Source of the DNA: Bacillota bacterium
GTDB taxonomy: Bacteria; Bacillota; Negativicutes; Sporomusales; CTSoil-080
Assembly: GCA_017889625.1 (NCBI GenBank)
Contig: JAGGAD010000004.1
Location: 3,443 to 67,442, forward strand
Direction of reading: 5' to 3'
DNA: 64,000 nt
This document shows, piece by piece, positions 18,888 through 28,525 of this stretch. The notes under the pieces were generated by a model. The model searched no databases and was not told where the DNA came from. It was given only the letters and a program-made list of their open reading frames with translations. The stretch's first letter is position 1. Each line of letters starts with the position of its first letter. Position numbers and translations under genes: made by a program.

Positions 18888-19886
18888 TTACCTCTTTATT
18901 ATTCCACTAGACGGCACAAATAACTTCTCAAATAAATATATCGCATATGTATCAGTAAGTCCGGCAATGTAATCAACCACAGTTGTTTTCATGCCCCACC
19001 GACTTTCTTTGGAAATAAATTCTTGGGGAATAGTTTCAGGATATGCCATATAATGTTCATATAACTTATGCACTACATATTTAGCTTTACGTCGTTCATC
19101 ATCAAGAGTCGGGGAGTTATATACCTTAGTAAACATAAATTGGCGAAACTCATCCATAGCTTGCTGTACCGGCGGGGACAGTTTCACTTCACCAACCTCC
19201 TGTGATACTGTAATCATATCTCTCACCATGGTTCTAATCATATCAGATGGCTTCACCCCCAATACTTTGACAACCCTTTCTGGGATCTGACTAGCACTGA
19301 GCAGTCCAGCGCGCATACCATCATCATAGTCATGACAAAGGTACGCGATGCGATCGCCAATACGCACAATGTTACCCTCCATTGTATATGGCTTATGTGG
19401 TCCGGTATGATTGGCTATTCCGTCTTTCACCGCATTAGTCAAGTTTAACCCCTGTCCGTCCTTTTCTAGATAAGCTACTACACGAAGACTCTGCTCATTG
19501 TGAGCGTAATGCCCTAATATTTCTTTAAGTGCTTCTTCCCCAGCATGGCTAAACGGAGTGTGTCCAACGTCATGGCCTAAGGCAACGGCTTCAACTAAAT
19601 CTTCATTCAACCTTAACCCTCTGGCAATTGTTCGTGATATCTGAGCTGTTTCTAGGCTATGCGTCATACGAGTTCGATAGTGATCTCCCGGTGATATATA
19701 GACTTGAGTCTTGTGCTTGAGCCGCCGAAAAGCTTTACTATGAAGGATACGATCCCGATCCCGCTGGTATGCGGTACGAATCTCGCAAGATGGTTCCAGA
19801 CGTTCCCTTACTGCATCACAACTTTTTGCCCCCAACGGTGATAGTATCTGGTCTTCCAGTTGTTCAGTCCGTTCGCGGATATTCAA
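18888..19886 (-). CDS. dgt: dGTP triphosphohydrolase-like HD-domain protein
   Basis: 332 aa. It has RTAYQRDRDRILHS.AFRRL..KTQV and the HD motif LGHDVGHTPFSH. Confidence 0.85.
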   Translation of the reverse strand: MNIRERTEQLEDQILSPLGAKSCDAVRERLEPSCEIRTAYQRDRDRILHSKAFRRLKHKTQVYISPGDHYRTRMTHSLETAQISRTIARGLRLNEDLVEAVALGHDVGHTPFSHAGEEALKEILGHYAHNEQSLRVVAYLEKDGQGLNLTNAVKDGIANHTGPHKPYTMEGNIVRIGDRIAYLCHDYDDGMRAGLLSASQIPERVVKVLGVKPSDMIRTMVRDMITVSQEVGEVKLSPPVQQAMDEFRQFMFTKVYNSPTLDDERRKAKYVVHKLYEHYMAYPETIPQEFISKESRWGMKTTVVDYIAGLTDTYAIYLFEKLFVPSSGIIKR

Positions 19887-19994
19887 AGCAGCATTCCTCC
19901 ATTTTTCAGATTCAGCATATCCTTATTTTTACGTATACAAATGTGCAATTTAATTTGCTATAATGGTTATAAAAGTTGAAAGGCGGGATGTTTA

Positions 19995-20486
19995 GTGGAA
20001 AGCAAATCCTTTGCCACCTTGTTAATACTTATATTTATCCTTACGTGTTGTATGTCCGCAACAGCTTTTGCCGGTCCAAAACCTGTTATTCAGGCTGACT
20101 CTACTTACTACGATATAAATACTGGTTTGTATGTACTTAATGGCAATGTATACGTACAAGTAAAAAACCGAACAATTACCGCCAACCAAGCCCGGGTAAG
20201 CGTTGGTTCACTTGAGGTTTGGGGTTCTGGGGGCGTTACAGTCTGTCAAGACGATATCCAATTTTCTGGTGACAGCGTTTATGTTTATGGTGCGCAGGAC
20301 CGCGCCGTTGTTGATGGCGGAGTCAGTTTCAGCCGGACAGGGCTTTCCATTACAGCTGATAAGGCTGAATTTAATTGGCGTAGCAAAGTCGGAGTTTTTT
20401 CCGGAAATGTTACCGTAAACCAATCCGGCAATTTATGGACAACGGATTCGCTGACCTACAACGTCGAAACAAATAGTATTCTATAA
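19995..20486 (+). CDS. secreted OstA/LptA-like beta-jellyroll protein
   Basis: It has a signal peptide (…CMSATAFAG) and repeated blocks of the form GNV.V....I.A..A. This is recognition by pattern only, but it is consistent with a diderm envelope. Confidence 0.45.
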   Translation: MESKSFATLLILIFILTCCMSATAFAGPKPVIQADSTYYDINTGLYVLNGNVYVQVKNRTITANQARVSVGSLEVWGSGGVTVCQDDIQFSGDSVYVYGAQDRAVVDGGVSFSRTGLSITADKAEFNWRSKVGVFSGNVTVNQSGNLWTTDSLTYNVETNSIL

Positions 20487-20489
20487 AAT

Positions 20490-20517
20490 AAAAAACTTGG
20501 CTACGGCCAAGTTTTTT
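20490..20517. terminator. bidirectional intrinsic terminator
   Basis: aaaaaacttggc-tacg-gccaagtttttt, lying between convergent genes. Confidence 0.7.
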
Positions 20518-20520
20518 ATT

Positions 20521-21348
20521 TTAGCCATGCTGCCTTTGCTGGCAATTTTTTTGCACAATTTCTAAAATTTTATTTGCCGTCTCTTCAATGGCTTTGCTAG
20601 ATACATCAATTACCGGGCAGCGCAGTTTCTGCATGATGCTTCTTGCATATTCAAGTTCTTCTTCAATCCGCCCAACATTGGCATAGTTGGCATCCGAAGC
20701 TAACCCCATTGATCTTAAGCGTTCAGTTCGTATTTGGTTTAGTTTATTAGTACTTATGATTAAACCAACAACTTTTGAAGGCGGAATATCAAACAATTCT
20801 TTTGGCGGCGCGACTTCTGGCACTAACGGAACATTCGCCACTCTAACCTTTTTATGGGCCAAGTACATACTTAGTGGAGTTTTAGAAGTTCGCGATACTC
20901 CGACAAGAACAATATCAGCATTTTTAAGTCCCCAAGGATTTTTACCATCATCATATTTTACCGCAAATTCTACAGCTTCAACTCTTCTAAAATAGTCCTG
21001 ATCCAATTGATGAACTAACCCCGGCTTTAGTTTTGGCGTAAGACTGGTAATCTTTTGCACAGCCTGAATCATTGGTCCCATTATATCAATGATCGGCACA
21101 TTGATATTTTCCGCCAAAGATTTAAAAGCCTCCCGTAGTTCAGGCGAAACCAAAGTATGACAAATCACACACGGCTGTTTTGCTGCCATTTCCAAAGTTT
21201 CGGCTATTTGTTTGACTGATGTAATGTAAGATACACGAATGATTTCAAATTCCCCGGAATCAAATTGGCTAGCAGTAGCCCTTGCCACTTGTTCCGCAGT
21301 CTCACCAATCGAATCAGATAGAGCATAAATAATAGGTGTTGTAGAAAT
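20521..21348 (-). CDS. pyruvate,phosphate dikinase / PEP synthase regulatory protein (DUF299 kinase-pyrophosphorylase, YqfL/PpsR family); start extended upstream of the track call
   Basis: It has a P-loop GVSRTSKTP. The family's conserved N-terminal block IIYALSDSIGETAEQVARATASQF begins upstream of the track's GTG at 21288. The frame is open back to TAG at 21363..21361 and contains no ATG, GTG or TTG. ATT at 21348 lies 8 nt downstream of GGAGG. Confidence 0.8.
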   Translation of the reverse strand: MSTTPIIYALSDSIGETAEQVARATASQFDSGEFEIIRVSYITSVKQIAETLEMAAKQPCVICHTLVSPELREAFKSLAENINVPIIDIMGPMIQAVQKITSLTPKLKPGLVHQLDQDYFRRVEAVEFAVKYDDGKNPWGLKNADIVLVGVSRTSKTPLSMYLAHKKVRVANVPLVPEVAPPKELFDIPPSKVVGLIISTNKLNQIRTERLRSMGLASDANYANVGRIEEELEYARSIMQKLRCPVIDVSSKAIEETANKILEIVQKNCQQRQHG

Positions 21349-21442
21349 AGCAATTACCTCCTATCGATTTCTTTATCTTATTTTTAGACAAAGTACTAAT
21401 ATTATCCTGCAAGGTAAAAATTTTACGAAAGGTTTTTATTTT

Positions 21443-21482
21443 AAAAAAGCTCCCGCCAAGAAATTCTTGGGGGAGCTTTTTT
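21443..21482 (-). terminator. intrinsic terminator downstream of glyS
   Basis: On the minus strand a stem agctcccccaag/cttggcgggagct is followed by TTTTTT. Confidence 0.6.
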
Positions 21483-23542
21483 CATGCTACTATTTTTGTT
21501 AAATCTGCAAAGTCCGCCGTTAAGTCACTAATAGCTTTTAGCAAGGCCAAACGGTTATTGCGTACCGCAATATCATCAGCCATTACCATGACTTCTACGA
21601 AGAAGGCATCAATAGGTTCAGTTAGCCCGGCGATAGCTTTAAGCACTCCACCATAGTTTCGTTCTTTTGTTAAAGCTTCAATCTGAGTATGCGCATTCTT
21701 ATAAGCTTGATACAATTTTTCTTCTATCTCTGTAGTAAACACTGCCGGATCGATCTCTGCAGTAGTCGCATTTTTAGCAAGATTGCCTACTCTAGTAAGT
21801 CCTTGAATAACCCGCCCTAATTCTAAGTCTACAGTTCCGGCGTTTAACGCTTTGGCTTTCAGCCTAGTGTCAACAATATTGTCACAACCGATAGCAAGTA
21901 CAGCATCAATCAGATCGTAGCGCATATTTTCATCGGTAAATACGTTTTTCAATCGCAAGCGGAAAAAGTCTGCTAAATCAGTTGCTAGTTTTTCCCGGCG
22001 TTCCGCTTGAGTAATAACCAATAAATCCATCGCCTTAGCAAAAATCTTACCCAAGGAGAGATTTATTTGAGCATTAATTAATATATTAACCATACCTAAT
22101 GCTTGCCGTCTCAATGCAAAAGGATCTTGCGAACCAGTTGGAATAAGGCCACGGCTAAAGGTGGACACAATACTATCAAGCTTATCCGCCAGACTTACCA
22201 CCCGCCCAGCAGTAGATTCGGGCAATACATCCCCAGCAAAACGCGGCAAGTAATGTTCGTAAATGGTCTGAGCTACCGCTGGCGATTCACCGCTTAAAAG
22301 GGCGTATTCACGACCCATTACCCCTTGCAATTCGGTGAATTCACAAACCATACCAGTGACTAAGTCGGCTTTAGACAGAAAAGCCCCCCGGGAAATAGTC
22401 AGCAATTCAGCTTCACTTGCGCCAATTTCTTTAGCAATGAACACCGCCAATTGTTCAACCCGTTGCACTTTATCAAACATTGTACCCAAACCTTCTTGAT
22501 AAACAACCGTCTTGAGCTTTTCTACCCGTGCTTCCAGGGAGACTTTTTTATCTTCCTCAAAGAAAAATCTAGCGTCATCCAACCTGGCTTTAAGCACCCG
22601 TTCATTACCGTGCCGAACGATATCGATGCCATCCTGCCCCCCGTTACGAACGGTTATAAATACTGGCAATAATTTGTCCATCCCATCAAACACAGGAAAA
22701 TACCGTTGATGTTCGCGCATCGGAGTTATAATAGCTTCCGGCGGCAACGCAAGGTATTTTTCTTCAAATTTCCCGCATAAAGCAGTAGGATATTCCACAA
22801 GGTATGTAACTTCTTCTAACAACTCTTCATCTATTACTGCTTTGCCGCCTTGCTGAAGAGCTAATTTTTCCACTTGTTCACGAATAATCCGCCGCCTTAA
22901 ATCCTGATCAACCATGACATGACTTTCAGTCATTTTGGCAAAATATTCATCAACAGATTTTATTGTTATCTGCCCTTTACTCAAGAATCGATGCCCATAG
23001 CTGATTTGACCTGACTTAACATTAGCTAATTCAAACGAAATAACTTGGTTGCTATACAAGGCTACTAACCAACGAATCGGGCGGACAAATTTAAAGTCCA
23101 GTTCACCCCAGCGCATGCTCTTGGGAAAATTAAGCGAAGTTATTATTTCCGGCAATAATTCTGGCAGAATGTCCTGAACCTCACGACCAAATTCATTAAC
23201 TATTGCATAAACATAGCCATCTTTTTCAATTAGCTGGTTAACCTCAACACCTTGACCACGGGCAAATCCCTGCGCGGCTTTAGTAGGTGCCCCTTTATCA
23301 TCAAAAGCAATTTTAAGGGATGGTCCTTTATTTTCACTTTCGCGATCAGATTGTTTTTCCGCGATATCCCTAACCATCAGCGTCATCCGACGTGGAGTAC
23401 CATAGGTTTTTACTTCACTGTAGGTAATACGGCGCTCATCAAGTTTAGCCGCAGCAATTTCTTTTAGATCACGAAGTGCCCCCGGAATAAATTTCGCCGG
23501 TATTTCCTCTGTACCGATTTCTAGCAATAAATCTTTGGCCAT
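21482..23542 (-). CDS. glyS: glycine--tRNA ligase beta subunit
   Basis: 686 aa. It has the N-terminus LLLEIGTEEIPA and overall GlyS architecture, with a 1-nt overlap with glyQ. Confidence 0.95.
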   Translation of the reverse strand: MAKDLLLEIGTEEIPAKFIPGALRDLKEIAAAKLDERRITYSEVKTYGTPRRMTLMVRDIAEKQSDRESENKGPSLKIAFDDKGAPTKAAQGFARGQGVEVNQLIEKDGYVYAIVNEFGREVQDILPELLPEIITSLNFPKSMRWGELDFKFVRPIRWLVALYSNQVISFELANVKSGQISYGHRFLSKGQITIKSVDEYFAKMTESHVMVDQDLRRRIIREQVEKLALQQGGKAVIDEELLEEVTYLVEYPTALCGKFEEKYLALPPEAIITPMREHQRYFPVFDGMDKLLPVFITVRNGGQDGIDIVRHGNERVLKARLDDARFFFEEDKKVSLEARVEKLKTVVYQEGLGTMFDKVQRVEQLAVFIAKEIGASEAELLTISRGAFLSKADLVTGMVCEFTELQGVMGREYALLSGESPAVAQTIYEHYLPRFAGDVLPESTAGRVVSLADKLDSIVSTFSRGLIPTGSQDPFALRRQALGMVNILINAQINLSLGKIFAKAMDLLVITQAERREKLATDLADFFRLRLKNVFTDENMRYDLIDAVLAIGCDNIVDTRLKAKALNAGTVDLELGRVIQGLTRVGNLAKNATTAEIDPAVFTTEIEEKLYQAYKNAHTQIEALTKERNYGGVLKAIAGLTEPIDAFFVEVMVMADDIAVRNNRLALLKAISDLTADFADLTKIVA

Positions 23543-24423
23543 TACACTTTTCCTCCCTTCATCAGCGGGTAACCTAATTTTTCACGTTGCTCCAGATATC
23601 CTTGAGCACACAATCTGGCTAAATTACGAACCCGACCAATAAAAGCGGTACGTTCACTGACACTGATAGCTCCCCGGGCATCCAAAAGGTTGAATGAATG
23701 CGAGCATTTCAGCACATAATCATATGCTGGCAGCACAAACCCCAATTCTACAACTCGAATAGCTTCTTTTTCATACATATCAAATAAATTGAATAGTAGT
23801 TTTGTATCCGCAATTTCAAAATTATAATGAGACTGTTCTACTTCGTTTCGATGGAAAACATCACCATAAGTAATGCCCGGCACCCATTCAAGGTCATATA
23901 CATTTTCTTTACCCTGAATGTACATTGCCAACCGTTCCAAACCATAAGTAATTTCAACAGCAACCGGTTTAACTTCCACACTGCCTACTTGCTGAAAATA
24001 AGTGAACTGGGTAATTTCCATTCCATCCAGCCATACTTCCCAACCAAGGCCCCAGGCCCCAAGAGTTGGCGACTCCCAGTTGTCTTCGACAAAACGAATA
24101 TCATGTTTGCCTGGGTCAATACCTAACCGTTCTAAACTTTCTAGGTACAGTTCTTGAATATTCGCTGGGGATGGTTTCATAATAACTTGATACTGATGAT
24201 GTTGAAACAGCCGATTAGGGTTATCGCCATAACGACCGTCAGCTGGACGGCGGGATGGCTCCACATATGCCACATGCCAAGGTTCTGGCCCCAAAGCCCG
24301 TAAGAAAGACGCAGGATTCATTGTCCCAGCACCTTTTTCAACATCATACGGCTGTTGAATAATACATTTTTGGCTTGCCCAGAAATTTTCCAAAGTTAAA
24401 ATTATTTCCTGAAATGTCATCAT
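23542..24423 (-). CDS. glyQ: glycine--tRNA ligase alpha subunit
   Basis: 293 aa. It has [14 protein letters not shown]...QPSRRP.DGRYG.NPNRL. Confidence 0.95.
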   Translation of the reverse strand: MMTFQEIILTLENFWASQKCIIQQPYDVEKGAGTMNPASFLRALGPEPWHVAYVEPSRRPADGRYGDNPNRLFQHHQYQVIMKPSPANIQELYLESLERLGIDPGKHDIRFVEDNWESPTLGAWGLGWEVWLDGMEITQFTYFQQVGSVEVKPVAVEITYGLERLAMYIQGKENVYDLEWVPGITYGDVFHRNEVEQSHYNFEIADTKLLFNLFDMYEKEAIRVVELGFVLPAYDYVLKCSHSFNLLDARGAISVSERTAFIGRVRNLARLCAQGYLEQREKLGYPLMKGGKV

Positions 24424-24449
24424 TCGTTATCGCCTCCTGTTTATTGCTA

Positions 24450-24685
24450 AACAAAATAAAAAAACTCCCGTCCCAGTAACATAACGTTACCAGGGACGAG
24501 AGCTTACTTCCTCCCGCGGTTCCACCCTGATTGACCAAAGGCCCGCTTTATTTTAAATAGCGAGGTTTACTTTCCGGTTGGATTTCCTCTCGCGGCTCAA
24601 AAAGGCCTTCACCGTATCATTGGGCTTTCACCTTCCCCAATTCGCTACTTGTACGGCTACTATTTTTTGTCATCGCCAATTGTTG
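24450..24685 (-). promoter_or_regulatory. T-box leader (Gly, GGC specifier) controlling glyQS
   Basis: All read on the minus strand:
- K-turn GGCGATGA...GAGCC.
- A specifier loop GAAGGC.
- The T-box core AATCAGGGTGGAACCGCGGGAGG.
- A terminator gctctcgtccctggtaac/gttactgggacgggagt followed by TTTTTTT.
- A promoter TTGATT-N18-TATAGT at 24720..24691. Confidence 0.85.
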
Positions 24686-24844
24686 AGAATACTATAACAC
24701 ACCACAATGGATAAAATCAAGTGGCTGGTTTATGACTAACTTAACTGGTTTGTCGTTTTTTATCATCACTTGCTTAATAAATATTTTTCTAATAAAAAAC
24801 TCCCCCAACCCAGGAGGAGCTGCCTATCACTTAGGAAGTAAATA

Positions 24845-25294
24845 TTATATTTTCGGACGCTGGGGCTCGTGATCTTCAAAGAACGTCTCTTCACCATCAT
24901 CATCTTGACCTTCAACACTTATTCCGCCTCGTATCACTTCAATTGTACAGCGTTTAAATACAGCTACCAGCACCCCCAGTGCGGCCAATTGCGGCAAGAC
25001 TACCGCGCCAATTGCCCCAAGGGTTACCGGTATATCCACTAGCACTTTATCTTCATGTTTCACCCTAATTTTAGTTACGTTTCCTTCGCGAACAAGATCC
25101 TTGACTTTGTCGATAACTTCACTAGATTTTACAGAAAATTCTTCGGTCCAACTATTCTTTTTTTCACCTTCCAAGTCAATAAGTGCTTCAACAACATCTC
25201 CATGAACCTTAGTCAAAACATCCCGCGCCTCGCGGTAGGAAATCCCCGTACGTTCACGCAAAAGATCAATTTTAGCCAGAGTTATTTCTTCCAT
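24845..25294 (-). CDS. DUF4342-like protein with N-terminal UBA/EF-Ts-N-like helix bundle
   Basis: It has the N-terminus EEITLAKIDLLRERTGISYREARDVLTKVHGDVVEALIDLE and a hydrophobic C-terminal beta region. I trimmed the start to ATG 25294 (AAGGGGG upstream). Confidence 0.55.
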   Translation of the reverse strand: MEEITLAKIDLLRERTGISYREARDVLTKVHGDVVEALIDLEGEKKNSWTEEFSVKSSEVIDKVKDLVREGNVTKIRVKHEDKVLVDIPVTLGAIGAVVLPQLAALGVLVAVFKRCTIEVIRGGISVEGQDDDGEETFFEDHEPQRPKI

Positions 25295-25358
25295 CTGGGC
25301 GCCCCCTTTTTTGATGGTTATTATTACTATTTTCTCCATAAAGTATAATTATATTCAA

Positions 25359-26090
25359 TTAAGTAACTGCCGCAATGAAAGCAATTGACTTTAATTGTTT
25401 ATCTAAACAATACGTAATAAAGTCAGCTAATAGTCGCTCAGTCTCCAGCAGAATCGCTCCCGTAACGGTAAAGCTACCCGGTTCTTGCCAATCCAGTTCC
25501 ATCAGTCGTTTGAAAAATACACCAGTTTCTTCCGAAAAATCGGAAAATCCTGGTTTAGAACAATTCGGACAAATTGCCCCGCCTATCGCCGCGCAAAAAA
25601 AGGCTGGCCCGGATATTACATCACCACAGGCGGAGCATTTAGTAATTTCCGGGCTAAAACCAGCCAAGTTGAGCAATTGAAGCGCGCTGGCTAACGAAGT
25701 TATCCGCGGATTACGCGTCTTCATCATAGTAAACGCCGCCAACAGCATATCATACACTGCCGCTTCAGCGACGCGCTCTGGCCATAATTCAACTACCAAC
25801 TCAGCTAGAAAATTAGCGTAAGCCATCTTGGAAAGATCTTCCCTTATCCCCCTAAATGATTCAATAATTTCACATTGTTTAATTGAATCATAACTCTTCC
25901 CGGAAAGCAAGACTAGTTCCGTCTGAACAAAAGGCTGAAGTGTTCCTGCCAATTGGTTTCGTGGTCGCCTAGCTCCATAGCCAATTGCAGTAATCTTCCC
26001 GAATTCCCGTGAAAATAAAGTCACCACCCTAGAGCTGTCGTCCCAATCACGCACAACCAGCAGGATGGCTTCTGTCTTGTATTGTCCCAT
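25359..26090 (-). CDS. recO: DNA repair protein RecO
   Basis: 243 aa. It has an OB-fold N-terminus and the zinc motif C..C...(14)...C..C, and sits next to era as in other Firmicutes. Confidence 0.85.
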   Translation of the reverse strand: MGQYKTEAILLVVRDWDDSSRVVTLFSREFGKITAIGYGARRPRNQLAGTLQPFVQTELVLLSGKSYDSIKQCEIIESFRGIREDLSKMAYANFLAELVVELWPERVAEAAVYDMLLAAFTMMKTRNPRITSLASALQLLNLAGFSPEITKCSACGDVISGPAFFCAAIGGAICPNCSKPGFSDFSEETGVFFKRLMELDWQEPGSFTVTGAILLETERLLADFITYCLDKQLKSIAFIAAVT

Positions 26091-26266
26091 CTGTCGTTCA
26101 CTCTACTCTCTGTCTGGAGCATCTTTTTCCATTCCCAAGTAATTTTGCTGATATTGTCGGTACAATAGATAGGCTGAGACATCACCCGTCGTGCAAAAAA
26201 CATTCCACATCAAATCTTGCATCAACATTTGCTATCATCCCTTCAAGCAATATTAGGAAGTACCAG

Positions 26267-27592
26267 CTATTCTACTTCTGCATTATGCTCAGTTCCGACT
26301 TCTTCTTTCTCAACGCTCAACGGTTGAGCTTTAACCCGGACTACCCTAAAGCCATTTACCAGCAAAACAATAAACATATAATTATCAATTGTTAACTTGT
26401 CCCCTATTTCCGGTTTCCGCCCAAGTATCCCAAATACGTAGCCACCAATAGTGTCTTCTTCGTGTTCTTCCAAAGCAATACTCAAAAGTTCGGCCACATC
26501 TTCCAACAATACTCGTCCATCAAATTCATAACTGCCATCCGGAAATCGTTGAATGTCAATTTCTTCTTCATCATGCTCATCCTGGATATCGCCAACAATT
26601 TCTTCCAGCACATCTTCCATGGCCACAAGTCCAGCAGTGCCGCCGTATTCATCAGCAACTACCGCCAGATGGGTCCGTTTTCGCCGCATAAATTGAAGTA
26701 ACTTTGCTACCGACATGCCTTCCGGTACAACTAATATTTCCCGCATACTGTTTTTAATATCCCATTCACTAGCGCAGGTATTTATATCCATGAGGTCACG
26801 AATATGAATCATACCGACCACATGATCTTTATCTTCTACACAAACCGGATAACGAGTATGTCCTGTTTCCCTAACTACACGCATGTTTTCTTCAAATGAA
26901 TCATCAGTAAAAAGGCAAATCATATCCTGTCTTGGTACCATAACTTCACGAGCCAGACGATCCGCAAAATCAAAAACATTATCAATAAGTTCGCTTTCCA
27001 TCTCATCAAGCACACCACCCCGATGACTGGCGTTAACCAGCATCCGTAGTTCTTCTTCCGAATGGGCCAACTCGGCTTCGGTGGCTTTCTTGATGCCAAG
27101 TAATGCTAAAATCGCCTTAGCGGCTTTATTAAACAATATGATTACCGGATACCCCATTTTGTGAAAAACATAAAGTGGCCAAACAACTATGAGTACCAGA
27201 CTCTCTGATCGTTGAATCGCCATTGATTTAGGTACAAGTTCCCCTAATACTATATGAAGGAATGTAATGACGACAAACCCCAACGCAATGCTAATAGTAT
27301 GCACCAACCATACAGCTTCAGGAAAATAGGAAAGCATGAATGGACTTATCAATGCAGCAAGGGCTGGCTCACCCACCCAGCCCAAGGCTAGTGATGCCAG
27401 GGTAATACCTAACTGAGTAGCCCCTAGGTACGTATCAAATGTAGCTAATATTTTTATCGCTAACTTGGCGCGACCATTCCCCTGAAGAGCCAACTCTTCT
27501 AGTCTAGTGCGACGAATTTTCACCAGGGAAAATTCTGCTGCCACAAAAAAACCATTAATAAGTACTAATATAACCGCGACAATTAACTCCAT
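26267..27592 (-). CDS. CNNM/DUF21-CBS-CorC_HlyC family transporter ('hemolysin family' protein)
   Basis: It has a DUF21 membrane domain, a CBS pair and a C-terminal CorC_HlyC domain (FIVLLVNGFRVVRVK). I trimmed the start to ATG 27592 to remove overlap with the upstream gene. Confidence 0.8.
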   Translation of the reverse strand: MELIVAVILVLINGFFVAAEFSLVKIRRTRLEELALQGNGRAKLAIKILATFDTYLGATQLGITLASLALGWVGEPALAALISPFMLSYFPEAVWLVHTISIALGFVVITFLHIVLGELVPKSMAIQRSESLVLIVVWPLYVFHKMGYPVIILFNKAAKAILALLGIKKATEAELAHSEEELRMLVNASHRGGVLDEMESELIDNVFDFADRLAREVMVPRQDMICLFTDDSFEENMRVVRETGHTRYPVCVEDKDHVVGMIHIRDLMDINTCASEWDIKNSMREILVVPEGMSVAKLLQFMRRKRTHLAVVADEYGGTAGLVAMEDVLEEIVGDIQDEHDEEEIDIQRFPDGSYEFDGRVLLEDVAELLSIALEEHEEDTIGGYVFGILGRKPEIGDKLTIDNYMFIVLLVNGFRVVRVKAQPLSVEKEEVGTEHNAEVE

Positions 27593-27626
27593 TATCCCTA
27601 ACGACGGGTCTATAGCGCATCTCTCC

Positions 27627-28220
27627 CTAAGATTTTGTTCCCTCTTCGCAGCATGGCATGACCACACCAGCGGTAAGAACATATTGCAAAGCACTTTCAC
27701 TGGTAATGTCTAGAGGTATTATGTCCCGCTTCGGTACAATAATATTAAATCCACTGGTAGGATTGACACTCATCGGCACAAATACGCAAACATTCTTCTC
27801 ATCTAACAAACAAGCTATATGATCCGGTATTTCAGACATTACAAACCCTAACGCCTTTACTCCCGGATGAGGATAAGGCACCAGTACGGCCTGTTTTAAT
27901 AGCCTATCGGATTCGAAAACAGCTGTGGAAAGCTGTTTTACACTGTTATAGATAAATTTTACAAAAGGTATCGTGGTAATCAACCATTCACCAAAAGCAA
28001 GCAATCGCTGGGGCAACCAATAAGATGACAGCCAACCAACAACCAATATAACTACCACACCAACCAATAGACTAAGCCCAGGTATTTTTACAGGTAAAAC
28101 CGGACCAAATATGGCTTCCGCAATATTCAATATTTCATAAACCGCAAATATAGTTATCGCTATCGGAGCAATAATAATAAGCCCACTGAAGAAATAACGA
28201 GACAAAGTATGCATAGCCAC
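27627..28220 (-). CDS. DUF502 membrane protein
   Basis: 197 aa with two N-terminal TM helices. It has IPFVKFIYNSVKQL and LVPYPHPGVKALGFV, which are typical of DUF502. Confidence 0.7.
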   Translation of the reverse strand: MAMHTLSRYFFSGLIIIAPIAITIFAVYEILNIAEAIFGPVLPVKIPGLSLLVGVVVILVVGWLSSYWLPQRLLAFGEWLITTIPFVKFIYNSVKQLSTAVFESDRLLKQAVLVPYPHPGVKALGFVMSEIPDHIACLLDEKNVCVFVPMSVNPTSGFNIIVPKRDIIPLDITSESALQYVLTAGVVMPCCEEGTKS

Positions 28221-28387
28221 CCCTCTTTACAAATGATACCATCCAATGCCCCTGCGGTCAATAAATACCACAGTATAGCACCAAAAAAAGTAATTTTATA
28301 ATTTTTTCATTTCCATAAATAACTATAATTGATTTAGATTTTTTAAATACCCGAACAACATCCACACAAAAACTATCGTATTTTTAC

Positions 28388-28478
28388 TTCTTGAACCTTA
28401 ATTTCTTTATAGTCCAAAAAAGAAATTAAGGTTCAAGAAAAGTCGGTGGACTTGTTTCTTTCGCCTTAATTTCTTTAT
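28388..28478. repeat. 21-bp perfect inverted repeat plus a third direct copy of its core
   Basis: The arms at 28388-28408 and 28419-28439 (core cttgaaccttaatttcttt / aaagaaattaaggttcaag) are separated by a 10-nt loop. The 15-mer ccttaatttctttat occurs again at 28464-28478; its first copy is at 28396-28410. Confidence 0.8.
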
Positions 28479-28525
28479 GATCAACCCTTATTTATCTTGA
28501 CTTTAATTACCAAAAAATCCATATA

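Noticed and set aside
28396-28478. Possible CRISPR-like repeat
   Set aside because: There are only two direct copies of a 15-mer plus one inverted copy, with no regular repeat-spacer periodicity and no cas genes. I reported it instead as a hairpin/repeat element.
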